Source of the DNA: Eledone cirrhosa
Taxonomy: Eukaryota
Length of the DNA: 64,000 nt
NCBI GenBank assembly: GCA_964016885.1
Contig: OZ024741.1
Location: 23,436,001-23,500,000, forward strand
Direction of reading: 5' to 3'
Of the stretch, positions 1 to 10,640 are shown one piece after another. The translations under genes were made by a program, and so were the position numbers. How positions within the stretch are numbered: position 1 is the stretch's first letter; each line of letters begins with the position of its first letter. The notes under the pieces were generated by a model, which did no database searches, was not told where the DNA came from, and was given only the letters and a program-made list of their open reading frames with translations.

Positions 1-330
1 CGCGATTCTTTCAGAAGGATATATTCCTTTAATGTAAGGTTTCTCGTGTTTTACAACCAGTTAAGTTAACTGTGGATTGTACTGTGTGAAGTCACAGATC
101 CTTTGGCCGTCTAAAAACATCTTACTGATAAAATGACAAGTCAGTCAATCATATTAGTGGCCTCCCCAATGTTGCAATATTAAAGAAAATATAAAGGAAG
201 GGGTTAACAACCGAGCCAACACCAGAGCAAAAGACAGCAACGTCGCGAGGAGTACTGGGCAACCTCTCTAATGATTTTTGAGGCAAGCCAGCACACTCGC
301 AGCGTTGTCTCGGGTGACGGCCAGGCTGGT

Positions 331-500
331 GCACACACACACACACATATATATATATTACTTCAAAATATTAATAAATATAGACATTCATATATATATG
401 TGTGTGTGTATGTATGTATATATTTACACACACACCACTGACAGTGGTATTGTATATAACAATTGACCAATACAGTCGTGTATATATATATATATATATA
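331..500. repeat. (CA)n/(TA)n/(TG)n microsatellite-rich tract; the (TA)10 at 481-500 is the LINE insertion site
   Basis: Dinucleotide runs seen directly; (TA)n also follows the LINE 3' tail at ~3819-3833. Confidence 0.85.
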
Positions 501-502
501 CA

Positions 503-706
503 CCCCATGTACGTCCAAAACTACGTGCTGCAGCTTCCTTGAATCGGAACTCAGCACAAGATGAAAGTTTCAGTCTGCGTGATGATGGGCAGATCTGGAG
601 GTTTGTCAAGGCTGGTGAAACGTGGAAGAGAGATACCAGCTGGTCTGAGTGTGATCTACCCACAATAACTGGCGATGTAAAAACTGCTACAACTCTGGGA
701 AACTAA
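503..706 (+). pseudogene. C-terminal remnant of LINE ORF1 (PHVRPKLRAAASLNRN...DVKTATTLGN*)
   Basis: A stop-free frame of 67 codons runs from the truncation point to GGA AAC TAA at 698-706, directly upstream of and overlapping the ORF2 frame. Identity as ORF1 is inferred from position. Confidence 0.6.
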
Positions 707-762
707 ACCAGAACAACCTGCCACCCTCTACACACCATCATAAACTGCGAGCAGGGTACAAA

Positions 763-3528
763 TTGTTGTCCTTAAATGCTCGCAGTTTATGCAACAAGAT
801 ACATCTGTTCGAATCCTACGTCAGAAGCATCGACCCTGACTTCATCACAGTCACGGAAACATGGGCACATTCCTTACTCTGTGATGGGGTTTTCACCATT
901 ACTGGGTACAACCTTTTCCGCAAGGACCGCATTAACCGCCGTGGTGGTGGTGTGATGGTCTACGTTCGTTCAAACTTTTCGGTAATTCCTTGCGTTGATT
1001 TGAACGAATCACAGGAAGAAGTTTTTTTCTGTGACATACGTATGACCATGTCAACACTTCTGCTTGGTGTTGTTTATCGCCCCCCAAACTACCATCAGGA
1101 CACACAGCTTTGCGATATCCTCAGAGTTGCTGCCAAGAAAACAGCCACTTATGTGTTTATTGCAGGTGACTTCAATCATCCTGAGATCGATTGGGAAACC
1201 TTTCGTTGGCCACAGGGTGCAAACGATTTCCTTGAACTAGTGCTGGACTCAAACTGGTCACAAGTAGTCACCACTCCAACAAGAGGTGACAACACTTTGG
1301 ACCTGATCTTCACCACTACTCCTGAAGTGGTTATCAGTTGTACTACTGAGGAACCTCTAGGCGACTCTGATCATGCTATGATCATTGCCAATCTGGCACT
1401 TGAGGGCAGCAACAAAAACCAGAGCCATCTCCAATCTGCTTGCTTTGATTGGAAGAGGGCGGATTGGAACTTGTACTGCACTGAGCTACAGCGCCCAAAC
1501 TGGCATGAGATGTATAACTCTGGAGATGTGAACTCTATACTCCAGAGCATCCTGGACTCAATATTGATAGCGTCTGCAGCATCAGTGCCACGGAAGCGGA
1601 AAAATAACCACCCCAAAAGTGCAATCTGGGAAACTTCAGCGGTCCGACTTGCCAGGAAAGAACGTCGGAACGCTGAACGGGAATATAAACTGCATAGATC
1701 AGATGCCAACAGAAAAAAGCGGAATAAATCTTCTAACCATCTCAAGCAAGTGACAAAGAAGGCAGTGCTTGAATTTGAACAGTGCATCGCAACCAATCCT
1801 GACAGTAAGGTGTTCTGGAAATATGTTCATTCAAAGCAGAGACCTCACTCTCCAGTTGGTCCTCTTCGCAATCCCCACACAAGCCAGATCACTGACGATC
1901 CCAAGGAATGCACAGAACTCATTGCTGAGTGCTATGCAAGTATTTTTACGGTTGAAAACCAGAATGTACCATCTCCACCATCTCTAACATCAAATTCCAT
2001 AACAACTATGGAATTTACACCTGCAATGTTGCGACGTCACCTTAAGAATAAGCGCATCTATGCCTCCCCTGGTCTTGATGGTGTGACATACCTGCTTCTC
2101 AAACGTGGCGGGGATTTCCTTTTGCGCCAGCTTTCTTTTTTCTTTCAATACTGTCTCAGCAATGGTGCTACTCCGGAGCAGTGGAAAACTGCCAGTGTCA
2201 TTCCCCTGTTCAAAAAGGGCAACCGCATGTCACCTGTCAACTATCGTCCAGTCAGTCTTACTAGCTGTATGGTCAAACTGATGGAATCCTGTGTCAGAGA
2301 AACACTTTGGAACTTCTGGAGCTCTCACAGCCTCATCCGGCCCTCACAGTTTGGATTTATCCCTAACTCCAGCTGCTGTGATCAGCTTATCGAGTTCCTT
2401 GAGGACATCACCCGGATCACTGACAGCGGCTCATGGGTGGATGTTGTTTACCTTGACTTTGCTAAGGCTTTTAATTCTGTGCCACACAAAAAACTTATGG
2501 CAAAACTCTCTGCAATGGGTGTGAGGGATGATCTTTTCGACTGGCTGAAATCCTTCATTCTCAGCCGAAAGGAAGTAGTCACGGTTCTAGGACAGCATTC
2601 TTCACCATATGAGATGTCATCTGGTGTACCACAGGGATCTGTTCTTGGTCCTCTTTTGTGTGTGGCATATATTAATGACATAGATGCCAACTTACAGAAT
2701 GCCACGGTACTAAAATATGCAGATGACATCAAGCTGTACCTTGAAATCAAAAGGACTGATCCTGAAATTTACAACTCTTTCCTACAGTCAGACCTGGACA
2801 CAATGCAGCAATGGATCACAGACTGGCAACTGAAGCTGGCTGTGGACAAGTGTACCACCATGCATTTTGGAAGGAAAAATCCAGCGTCCACATACTCCCT
2901 CCACAACACTGACATCAAAAAGTCCTCTTGTGAACGTGACCTGGGCATTACTGTCAGCAACGATTTGCGTTGGACAAAGCATGTCTCTAAGATTGTCAAG
3001 AAGGCCGAGGGTGTCTTGGCATCACTCAGCAAGACCTTTGTTAGCCGCTCTCCAGCCATCTATTTAAAACTGTATACAGCTATGGTGCGACCACACTTGG
3101 AATTCGCATCATCAGTCTGGAACCCCTATCTTGCTCGGAACATTGACCTCCTGGAAACTGTTCAGAGACGTGCAACCAAGCGCATACCCTCCATCAGACA
3201 CCTACCATACTCTGAACGCCTTGCTTCCCTGGGCATGGATTCATTGAAGCTCCGACGTCTGGCAATGGACTTGGTGAATACCCACAAAGTTTTTAACCAT
3301 CTCGCCAACTGCAACCCTGAGCGCCTCTTTGATCTCCATGTGTCTAACACACGTGGACATGCCTACAAGATAAGAAAACAGCACAGCTCCCATGACTTTC
3401 GCAGACATTTTTTCACGCTCAGAGTTGCTGAAGCATGGAACAAACTGCCTGCGTCAATTGTTAGCTGCCGAGACACTGCATCCTTTAAGACACTCATGCT
3501 TCCCGAAATACGCCAAAACTACACCTGA
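763..3528 (+). CDS. LINE ORF2: apurinic-like endonuclease plus reverse transcriptase (CR1 clade); frame open from 655, and the called start is TTG
   Basis: EN motifs LNARS, ITVTETW, GDFNHP, LDLIFT, SDH; RT motifs NYRPVSLTS, YLDFAKAF, GVPQGSVLGP, KYADD; CR1-type C-terminus ERDLG...VRPHLE...FFTLRVAEAWNKLP. No internal stops or frameshifts. Confidence 0.95.
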   Translation: MLSLNARSLCNKIHLFESYVRSIDPDFITVTETWAHSLLCDGVFTITGYNLFRKDRINRRGGGVMVYVRSNFSVIPCVDLNESQEEVFFCDIRMTMSTLLLGVVYRPPNYHQDTQLCDILRVAAKKTATYVFIAGDFNHPEIDWETFRWPQGANDFLELVLDSNWSQVVTTPTRGDNTLDLIFTTTPEVVISCTTEEPLGDSDHAMIIANLALEGSNKNQSHLQSACFDWKRADWNLYCTELQRPNWHEMYNSGDVNSILQSILDSILIASAASVPRKRKNNHPKSAIWETSAVRLARKERRNAEREYKLHRSDANRKKRNKSSNHLKQVTKKAVLEFEQCIATNPDSKVFWKYVHSKQRPHSPVGPLRNPHTSQITDDPKECTELIAECYASIFTVENQNVPSPPSLTSNSITTMEFTPAMLRRHLKNKRIYASPGLDGVTYLLLKRGGDFLLRQLSFFFQYCLSNGATPEQWKTASVIPLFKKGNRMSPVNYRPVSLTSCMVKLMESCVRETLWNFWSSHSLIRPSQFGFIPNSSCCDQLIEFLEDITRITDSGSWVDVVYLDFAKAFNSVPHKKLMAKLSAMGVRDDLFDWLKSFILSRKEVVTVLGQHSSPYEMSSGVPQGSVLGPLLCVAYINDIDANLQNATVLKYADDIKLYLEIKRTDPEIYNSFLQSDLDTMQQWITDWQLKLAVDKCTTMHFGRKNPASTYSLHNTDIKKSSCERDLGITVSNDLRWTKHVSKIVKKAEGVLASLSKTFVSRSPAIYLKLYTAMVRPHLEFASSVWNPYLARNIDLLETVQRRATKRIPSIRHLPYSERLASLGMDSLKLRRLAMDLVNTHKVFNHLANCNPERLFDLHVSNTRGHAYKIRKQHSSHDFRRHFFTLRVAEAWNKLPASIVSCRDTASFKTLMLPEIRQNYT

Positions 3529-5214
3529 TGTACCCCTTCCATACACATGCACACGTGTGTATCATGACTCGTGCACTGTTCATTTTACTGATGTTTGTGC
3601 ATTGCCCTATGTACTGTACATGCACTTTTTTGATGAGTTGTGGTGCACCTGGGCACTGTACACAATATTTCATTATTGTTATTGTTATTATATCATGACT
3701 CATACACTGTTCATTTTCCTGACATTTGTACATTACATTATTCTATGTACTATACATGCACCTTTGATGAGTTGTAGTGCACCTGAGCACTGTACACAAT
3801 TTCATTATTATTATTATTATATATATATATATAATGAAATATATGGAGAATAGAAATGGCTGTGTAGTTGCTATTTAAGGTAACTTAAAATGCAGTGGGA
3901 ATACGAAGAAAGCAAGAACAGTGGGGGAGTTTTCCTCATTGGGGGTCTACGATATTTCTACGCTTTAAAGACAAGATACCACTTCACCCCAGGGCGTCAA
4001 TAACTGGATAAGTTATTGGGAAAACGAAGGAAGGAGGGAAGGAAAGCAAAGGGGAAGAAAAGAGAAACAGTAACAAAACAGCGAAAAAAGACACAAACCG
4101 AGCAATGTGAGAGCAACTATAGGTAGGAAATCCAACACCACTCGATAATAGAACTTAAGTTCGAGACCGAGTAATATATATATAAATATACACCACTTTA
4201 AGTAATTACCTTTGATTATAGTAAATGCCTTTGTATTAATTTCAGAATAAATGCGGATAATGGACCTATATCCGATATATTTATGTATACTAAACTGCGT
4301 AACACTTTGATTAAATATCTTCTACTATAGCTAGTAACCCGTAACAAGCTTCTGTCTGGATTTGAAACCTGGAACTCCTTTAATTCACACCTCGCAAAGT
4401 TGTTTTCTCCTTTGACCTCTCACGTATGCATTAAATTGCAAGCTTGACTGTCACTCGCCAACTAGATTTCATATCCCAGTATATAACATATTTACTACAT
4501 TAAGCTCTCAGACATTTCTGGAGTTAACGCACCTTCGCACATTAGACACCCCCCACTTCTCTGCACTATTTACCACATCCTGGTTCGAACTGCACCCCGA
4601 AATCGATAACAACCCGTTTAGGGTGGCCAAGAGTTGCGTCCCTTATCAGTAAACAAAAAAAGAAAAACTAAAATATCTTGGGGCATTTTCTGAACATCTA
4701 CTCTCGGGCCTCGGATAATCGTAACTACCCTCGCTCTTATTCCAACCCCTCATTTAATAAATTTTGCTAATCTATCTCCGGCGAAATTTTATTCGAAGTG
4801 GCAGCATTCCTGTGACAATTTTCTTTATACATTAAAAAACATCATACATGACAAAAGAAGTACATTACTAGAAATCCCATACGTTAAAAAATAAATAGGA
4901 TGGGTTGGGTCTCAATATGTAAACTAAACGACTAATTCTCTTTTTTTTTTTAATCAACGGACACAACTAGAAAAACTACTCTCCCCCACCCGCTTATTCC
5001 CTTGTGTGTTTATCGAAATCGTCGGTCTGCTGCCCCTTTCTCAGAATTTCACCCACCTGTTGCCTTACATGGACAGATTCTTGTTGGTGGACGGAAAGTC
5101 TAGTACAGCCCTGTATTTCATCTTTTGGTATACCTTCTACCTTAAGGTCAGTCAATACACTTCTGTGTACTGTGAACAGTGACGAATGCAGCCATGTCAG
5201 ACATTAGTATGTCA

Positions 5215-6103
5215 TAATGTGCTGTTAGCCACATGTCACACTACTGTTAGCTACATGTCACAGTACTGTTAGCCACATGTCACAGTACTGTTAGCCACAT
5301 GTCACAGTACTGTTAGCCACATGTCACAGTACTGTTAGGTACATGTCACAGTACTGTTAGGTACATGTCACACTACTGTTAGCTACATGTCACATTACTG
5401 TTAGCTACATGTCACAGTACTGTTAGCCACATGTCACAGTACTGTTAGCTACATGTCACATTACTGTTAGGTACATGTCACAGTACTGTTAGCTACATGT
5501 CACATTACTGTTAGCTACATGTCACAGTACTGTTAGCTACATGTCACATTACTGTTAGCCACATGTCACAGTACTGTTAGCCACATGTCACAGTACTGTT
5601 AGCTACATGTCACATTACTGTTAGCTACATGTCACAGTACTGTTAGCTACATGTCACAGTACTGTTAGCCACATGTCACAGTACTGTTAGCTACATGTCA
5701 CAGTACTGTTAGCTACATGTCACAGTACTGTTAGCTACATGTCACTGTACTGTTAGGTACATGTCACTGTACTGTTAGCTACATGTCACAGTACTGTTAG
5801 CCACATGTCACATTACTGTTAGCCACATGTCACAGTACTGTTAGCCACATGTCACAGTACTGTTAGCCACATGTCACAGTACTGTTAGCTACATGTCACA
5901 GTACTGTTAGCTACATGTCACTGTACTGTTAGCTACATGTCACATTACTGTTTGCCACATGCCACATTACTGTTTGCCACATGCCACATTACTGTTAGCT
6001 ACATGTCACAGTATTGTTAGCCACATGTCACACAGTAGCTAGCCACATGTCACAGTACTGTTAGCTACATGTCACTGTACTGTTAGCCACATGTCTCACA
6101 TGT
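5215..6103. repeat. 22-bp minisatellite (ACAGTACTGTTAGCTACATGTC)n, about 40 copies
   Basis: Period 22 read directly (cacagtac at 5281 and 5303); few substitutions. Confidence 0.95.
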
Positions 6104-6728
6104 CATCTCGCTCTACACAACAAGAATGTCTTCCAACATACAACATGACACTGTTCCACACACTCAAATTCCACTCTTAATTCTGCTCCTAAATAACCCT
6201 GCTATTTTCTACCAGGAACTTAACACAGTGTTTACCAACATGGATATATTTAATCTTTGCGTATTGTTTGTTTTTTCTTGTGTGTAATTGTCATGCTATT
6301 ATATTGTGTATTGAAGCATAAAAATACCTGTCACTTCAACACACTTTACATACAATATACACACATCCATTTTCGTTTTAGACCAATGTCAAGTGAGTGA
6401 AAATTTGGTAGACAGAAACTGTGTAGAAGCCAGTCATATGTGTGTATGTGTTGGTGGTGGGTGTGTTTGTTTAACCTATAACATAACAGTGTGACAAAAA
6501 AGATATCTTTTTCTACTTCTCCTATCGACTCTACTTCGTTGTGGTTCACTTTCTTGAACCAGTACCTCATTGTTGTATCGTTCTATTCCCTCCAGTTTCT
6601 CAAACAATCTCCTCTCATGATGCCAGCATCAGTGCTTTTATCAAAACACCATTTCTATTATTGTATGTCCAGGCATGAAATAATCTTTCTCTAAATCGTT
6701 CGCTCTATTTCCAAAGAAACTATGGGTA

Positions 6729-6735
6729 ATGAATG
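6729..6735 (+). CDS. Candidate first coding exon segment of the PTPDC1-like gene (ATG AAT G|gtaagt)
   Basis: Strong donor G|GTAAGT at 6736; phase 1 joins the 8465 exon in an open frame (MNENQTV...). No homology support. Confidence 0.3.
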
Positions 6736-7114
6736 GTAAGTTTAAAATATTTCACTCTACTTTCAAAGAAACGGTAGCCTAATTTTAAAATACCATTTCT
6801 CAGCAGAGTTTTGAGGGAACAACACCAATAGCCTGAGTAGCAACTGAGAGTAATTCTCAGTGATATAAAAAATATTAAATATTCTCTACTGTAGTATTGA
6901 GCACTTTTTCCTCATTTGTAAACCCAAACATATGTATGAAAGCATGGAAAATAGTCATTAACTATAAATATATAGGACAGAGATCTCTGGCGATACACAG
7001 TAATACAGAAGACCCAACTTCCCACGAGCAGAAGTTGCAGTATATGTACAGTATGCCCCAACCCACCCTCCCATACACCCCCATGAGGACAGTCCGAAGT
7101 AAATACATCTAGTG

Positions 7115-7385
7115 ATGCCCCCAGCCCACACTGTAAAGTAGCCCTGATGGTGACACGGCAAAAAGTGCCCAGCCCACACTGTAATGTGGTCGTGATGGTG
7201 ACATGGCAAAAAGCACCCAGTCCACACTATAAAATGGTCTTGTAGGCATCATGACTAAAAGCACCCAACACACACTGTAAATGAGGTTGGCGTTAGGAAG
7301 GGCATCCAACTTGCCTCTAAATGGGACAAACCCGTCTAACCCATGCTAGCGTGGAAGATGGACGTTAAATGATGATGATGATGTA
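7115..7385. mobile_element. Dispersed non-autonomous repeat with ~4 internal 48-bp subrepeats, a GTTAGGAAGGGCATCC motif and an (ATG)n tail
   Basis: CCCAG(C/T)CCACACTGTAA recurs about every 48 bp; its reverse complement matches the 48-bp array at 15853-16123; the 3' end matches 14857-14935 in inverted orientation. Confidence 0.7.
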
Positions 7386-7387
7386 TA

Positions 7388-7665
7388 TCATCATCATCAT
7401 CATCTTACTTCCGCTTTTCCCTGCTTGCAAAGGTGGGACGGGTCCTATTCAGCACAGCATCTCTCCACTTGTCATGGTCCTTCGTCATCTCCACCGTGAG
7501 CTTCAGTGATCTGAGGTCTGCTCTCACCACCTCTGCCCATGTTTTTCGTTTCTTCCTCTACTGTGTCTTCCTTCAACATATACACAGAGATGCTGTGCTG
7601 AGAAGGACCTGTCCAACCCATGCAAGCATGGAAAAGCGGATGTAAAAATGATGATGATGATGATA
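7388..7665. mobile_element. Two RTE-like LINE 3' ends in inverted orientation (7388-~7570 minus; 7587-7665 plus) with (CAT)n/(ATG)n tails
   Basis: catcatc...ttttccctgcttgc...cagcacagcatctct is the reverse complement of agagatgctgtgctg...gcaagcatggaaaag...gatgatg. Confidence 0.75.
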
Positions 7666-7689
7666 TATGTATGTATTTAACAATTCTTT

Positions 7690-8410
7690 GGTCATCTCCT
7701 TTACCAGTCTCAGCTATTTGAAGTCCACTCTCACAACTTCTGCCCAGGTCTTTCTTAGTCGTCCTCTACTGCGGCTTCCCTCCACTGGGATTTCCTGGCA
7801 TTTCTTCACCCATCAGTCATTGTTCATGCACATCACATATCCATACCAACACAGTCTTCTCTCCTGAACATCACCTCAGATTCCCCTTAAGCCCAGCTTC
7901 TCCCTTAGTTCATCCAAGCTCAGCCTTTCTCTCATATTTACAATGCACATCCAACGAAGCATGGTTGCTTCATGTTTCGTTACTTCTGTTGACAACAAAA
8001 GGGGGGTGTATGAAGTGTGATGTTGCTGCATGGTAGAGAGACATCGGCAATGAATACCGAAGATAGGCAAAGGTTGGAAAGAAATGAAGCAAGCCTGCTT
8101 CGATGGTTGTGCAGTGTTAATATATGTGAAAAACTAAGTATAGATGAGCTGGGAGAGAGGCTGGATATAAGAGGGATTGATGTAGTGTTCTGGAGAGAAG
8201 ACTGCACTGGTATGGACATGTGATGCATATGGATGATGAGCTTTGGGTGAAGAAGTGCCAAGAAATCCCAGTGGAAGGTAGCTGTGGTAGAGGGAAACCA
8301 AGAAATACCTGGGACAGAGGTTGTTAGAGCTGAGACAATTGAAGAGCTGCTGTGCTGGAAAGAACCTGTCCAACCCATGCAAGTATGGAAAAACAGACAT
8401 ATGATGATGA
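7690..8410. mobile_element. Degenerate RTE-clade LINE 3' fragments, head-to-head (7690-~7985 minus; ~8000-8410 plus)
   Basis: Peptide remnants MLHGRET, LERNEASLLRW, RRLHWYGHVM and GRGKPRNTW resemble the RTE ORF C-terminus; the two halves are mutually reverse-complementary. Confidence 0.75.
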
Positions 8411-8464
8411 AAAAATAAGAAAAACAAGACAAGGTAGTTAATCATTGTTTTATATTTTTTTCAG

Positions 8465-8498
8465 AGAACCAAACTGTTGATGTAGAAACCAATCAATG
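8465..8498 (+). CDS. Candidate 34-nt exon of the PTPDC1-like gene (ENQTVDVETNQC)
   Basis: Acceptor ttttttcag at 8464 and donor gtagtt at 8499; phase 2 end joins the 9375 exon in frame. No homology support. Confidence 0.4.
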
Positions 8499-8897
8499 GT
8501 AGTTATGTAATTCTATATCATCAATATACCATCAACTTCTAAAAAACTCTTAGATACTGCTGTCTGTTCTCAGATTGGTTTTAAGGTTAGACAGGTGAAC
8601 AGGTGTACTTTTTCGAGGCTGATGGTACAAAGTTATATAGCTACTATCTATTGATCTGTACATTGATAGTTTTTCTCTCTGAAATGATCATAAAACAATT
8701 AACTCCCTCTCCTTGTTTAGCAATATATGTCAGTCTCTCTCAATGACATACGAGGAGATCATCTTTCCTATAAATGGACAACACTCTGCTTCAATTAAAT
8801 ATTTACATCAGTGATACATCAAATTATAAAATGGTTATAAACCCTACTCTGACTATGTAGAACACTCATGAGTATATATTATTATAGGATTGTTTAA

Positions 8898-9086
8898 GGG
8901 CAGTGGATTGGCAGAATTGGTAGAGCATTAGAGTTGTGTCCCTTTACGTTCTGAGTTCAAATCCTGCTGAGATTAAGCTTTGCCTTTCATCCTTATGGGG
9001 TCAATAAAATAAAGTACCAGTAATGCACTGGGGTCGATTTAATTGACAAAATTGTTGACCTTGTGCCTAAAGTAGAAACCATTATT
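8898..9086 (+). mobile_element. tRNA-derived SINE, family A
   Basis: A-box-like TGGCAGAATTGG, B-box GAGTTCAAATCC, body GCCTTTCATCCTT...GATAAAATAAAGTACCAG shared with at least 6 other copies here. Confidence 0.85.
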
Positions 9087-9105
9087 TTTCTTGCTGTTAT
9101 TATGA

Positions 9106-9270
9106 GGTCAGTGGATTGGCAGAATCGTTAGGGTATCAGATAAAAAGATTTGCTGTATTAGTTCCAGCTCTTTACAGTTTGAGTCCAAATCTCGCTGAAA
9201 TCAACTTTACCTTTGATCCGTTCATATGAGGGTAGATAAAATACAGTTCTCGTCAAATACTTGGGTTGAT
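9106..9270 (+). mobile_element. tRNA-derived SINE, family A (degenerate)
   Basis: GTGGATTGGCAGAATCG head plus a diverged body. Confidence 0.7.
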
Positions 9271-9374
9271 GTACTTGTCTTTTAAAGTACATGGTAGAAA
9301 AACAACACAAAATAAAGTACAAAATGTCTGTGTCATATTTCTTTTTTTTTTTCTTTTCTTTTTTCTTCTTCAAG

Positions 9375-9457
9375 TATTGAAATGAAGTCTGAACAAGTGG
9401 AAGAAGGTGACAAGAAAAATGACATTTTTCAGTGGAATGATGATGAGGCTGACGAGG
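9375..9457 (+). CDS. PTPDC1: PTPDC1-like exon (IEMKSEQVEEGDKKNDIFQWNDDEADE); possible start ATG at 9382
   Basis: Long polypyrimidine tract plus caag acceptor at 9374; donor gtatat at 9458; phase 1 matches the next, conserved exon. Confidence 0.6.
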
Positions 9458-9579
9458 GTATATAGCGTTCTCTTTTATTTCTTTATTTCAATGTTTCATT
9501 CTTTTGATACCAAACTACTTGAAACTGCTCCTGGTTCTATGATTTAAAACTGTTTATTTTAAAGTCTTTACATTTATCT

Positions 9580-9871
9580 GTGGAGGCATGTGGTCTTGTG
9601 GTAAGGGTGCTGGACTTAAGATCATAATGTCATGGGTTTGATTCTTGGACTGGATTGCATATTGTGTTCTTGAGCAAAACACTTCTTTTCACAATCCTCC
9701 AGTAGATTCATCTAAAAATGAGTACCAGCAATAGCTGGGAGTTTAATCCTGCAATGGTCAGGCAGCCTGTCCAGGGGGAAGTCTTGTATTCTCAGTCGAT
9801 TCACGCCATGAAACCAGTATAAGCACTGACCTGACGATCCTCTTGGTTTGAGTCAGACTTTAGACTTAGAC
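9580..9871 (+). mobile_element. tRNA-derived SINE, family B (CORE-like central motif), (AGACTT)n tail, 12-bp TSD
   Basis: tRNA-like head, GTGTTCTTGAGCAAAACACTT motif, TSD TTACATTTATCT at 9568-9579 and 9872-9883. Confidence 0.8.
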
Positions 9872-10477
9872 TTACATTTATCTAAAACCCTTCCATCGTA
9901 ATTTTATGTTCCAAATGCCAGCTTAATAAGGAGATAGCTATATTACTAAATCCCTCAAAATGTTTAATTATTTTCAAAATTATTTGTCATCCATTGTCAT
10001 ACTCATTCTGGGGTCCTTTTTAAGGGAATGTTTTATGATCGAATGCCCTTCCTGATGCCAACCCTTTTTGTTATATCTTATGACATGCAAAGGAATAGAA
10101 CCAGTGATGAATGTTGTTAAAAAAAATTCAAATAAGATGATTAGGTCATGTGTTGATGAAAGAGGTGTGTGAATGAGGAGAGTGATGGAAAGGACGTGGA
10201 AGGAAGACATGACTAAATATGATGGAGAAGGAAATGAAAGTCAGGGTATTGGTGAGGAGGTGCAGAGGTTGGGGCAGAATGGAGAAGCCTGTCATGAAAT
10301 TGACAAGGTTAACCCTTGCTTTAACAGGGAAAATAACCTTCATCTGCTTTTTGCTGCTGTTATAGAAATATAGTTACAAAACAGCTAATGCAATCTGCAT
10401 TTAACAAGTTTATTTTTATGTCATGCTTTAAATTGTTTTTAAAAACACATCTGTACTGTACTATTTTATCATTTCAG

Positions 10478-10640
10478 CCAGCACTCCTAATCCCAAATAT
10501 AATATCCTGACAGAGCAGGCTCAGAGCTTAATTTCGTTAAAGAACCAATGTATTTTGTTTTGTGGTGGCCGTAATTGTAAATATGAACGCAGTGACTGCT
10601 GGGAAGGTCGAATGGCCATTAAGGGACTCTTTTCTCATTG
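10478..10640 (+). CDS. PTPDC1: PTPDC1-like exon (STPNPKYNILTEQAQSLISLKNQCILFCGGRNCKYERSDCWEGRMAIKGLFSHW)
   Basis: atttcag acceptor and gtaaat donor; matches the PTPDC1 N-terminal signature PxPKY...CGGRxCKYE...AIKGxxSxW as I recall it. Confidence 0.9.

Larger units (their letters stand above)
501..3820 (+). mobile_element. 5'-truncated CR1-group non-LTR retrotransposon (LINE) with intact ORF2
   Basis: ORF1 tail, APE-endonuclease/RT ORF2, 3' UTR with a GTGC-N6-GCAC stem-loop, a (TTA)n tail, and (TA)n on both flanks. Confidence 0.93.

Noticed and set aside
1371-3350. Short overlapping and antisense ORFs within LINE ORF2
   Set aside because: Shadow frames with no recognisable motifs.
3840-5040. 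Relatively CpG-containing unique region as a promoter
   Set aside because: Plausible position upstream of the gene, but I cannot support any specific core promoter element from sequence alone.
5050-5210. Possible minus-strand exon ending at CAG|GTGGGT near 5058
   Set aside because: One frame is open, but there is no convincing acceptor, no recognisable homology and no partner exon.
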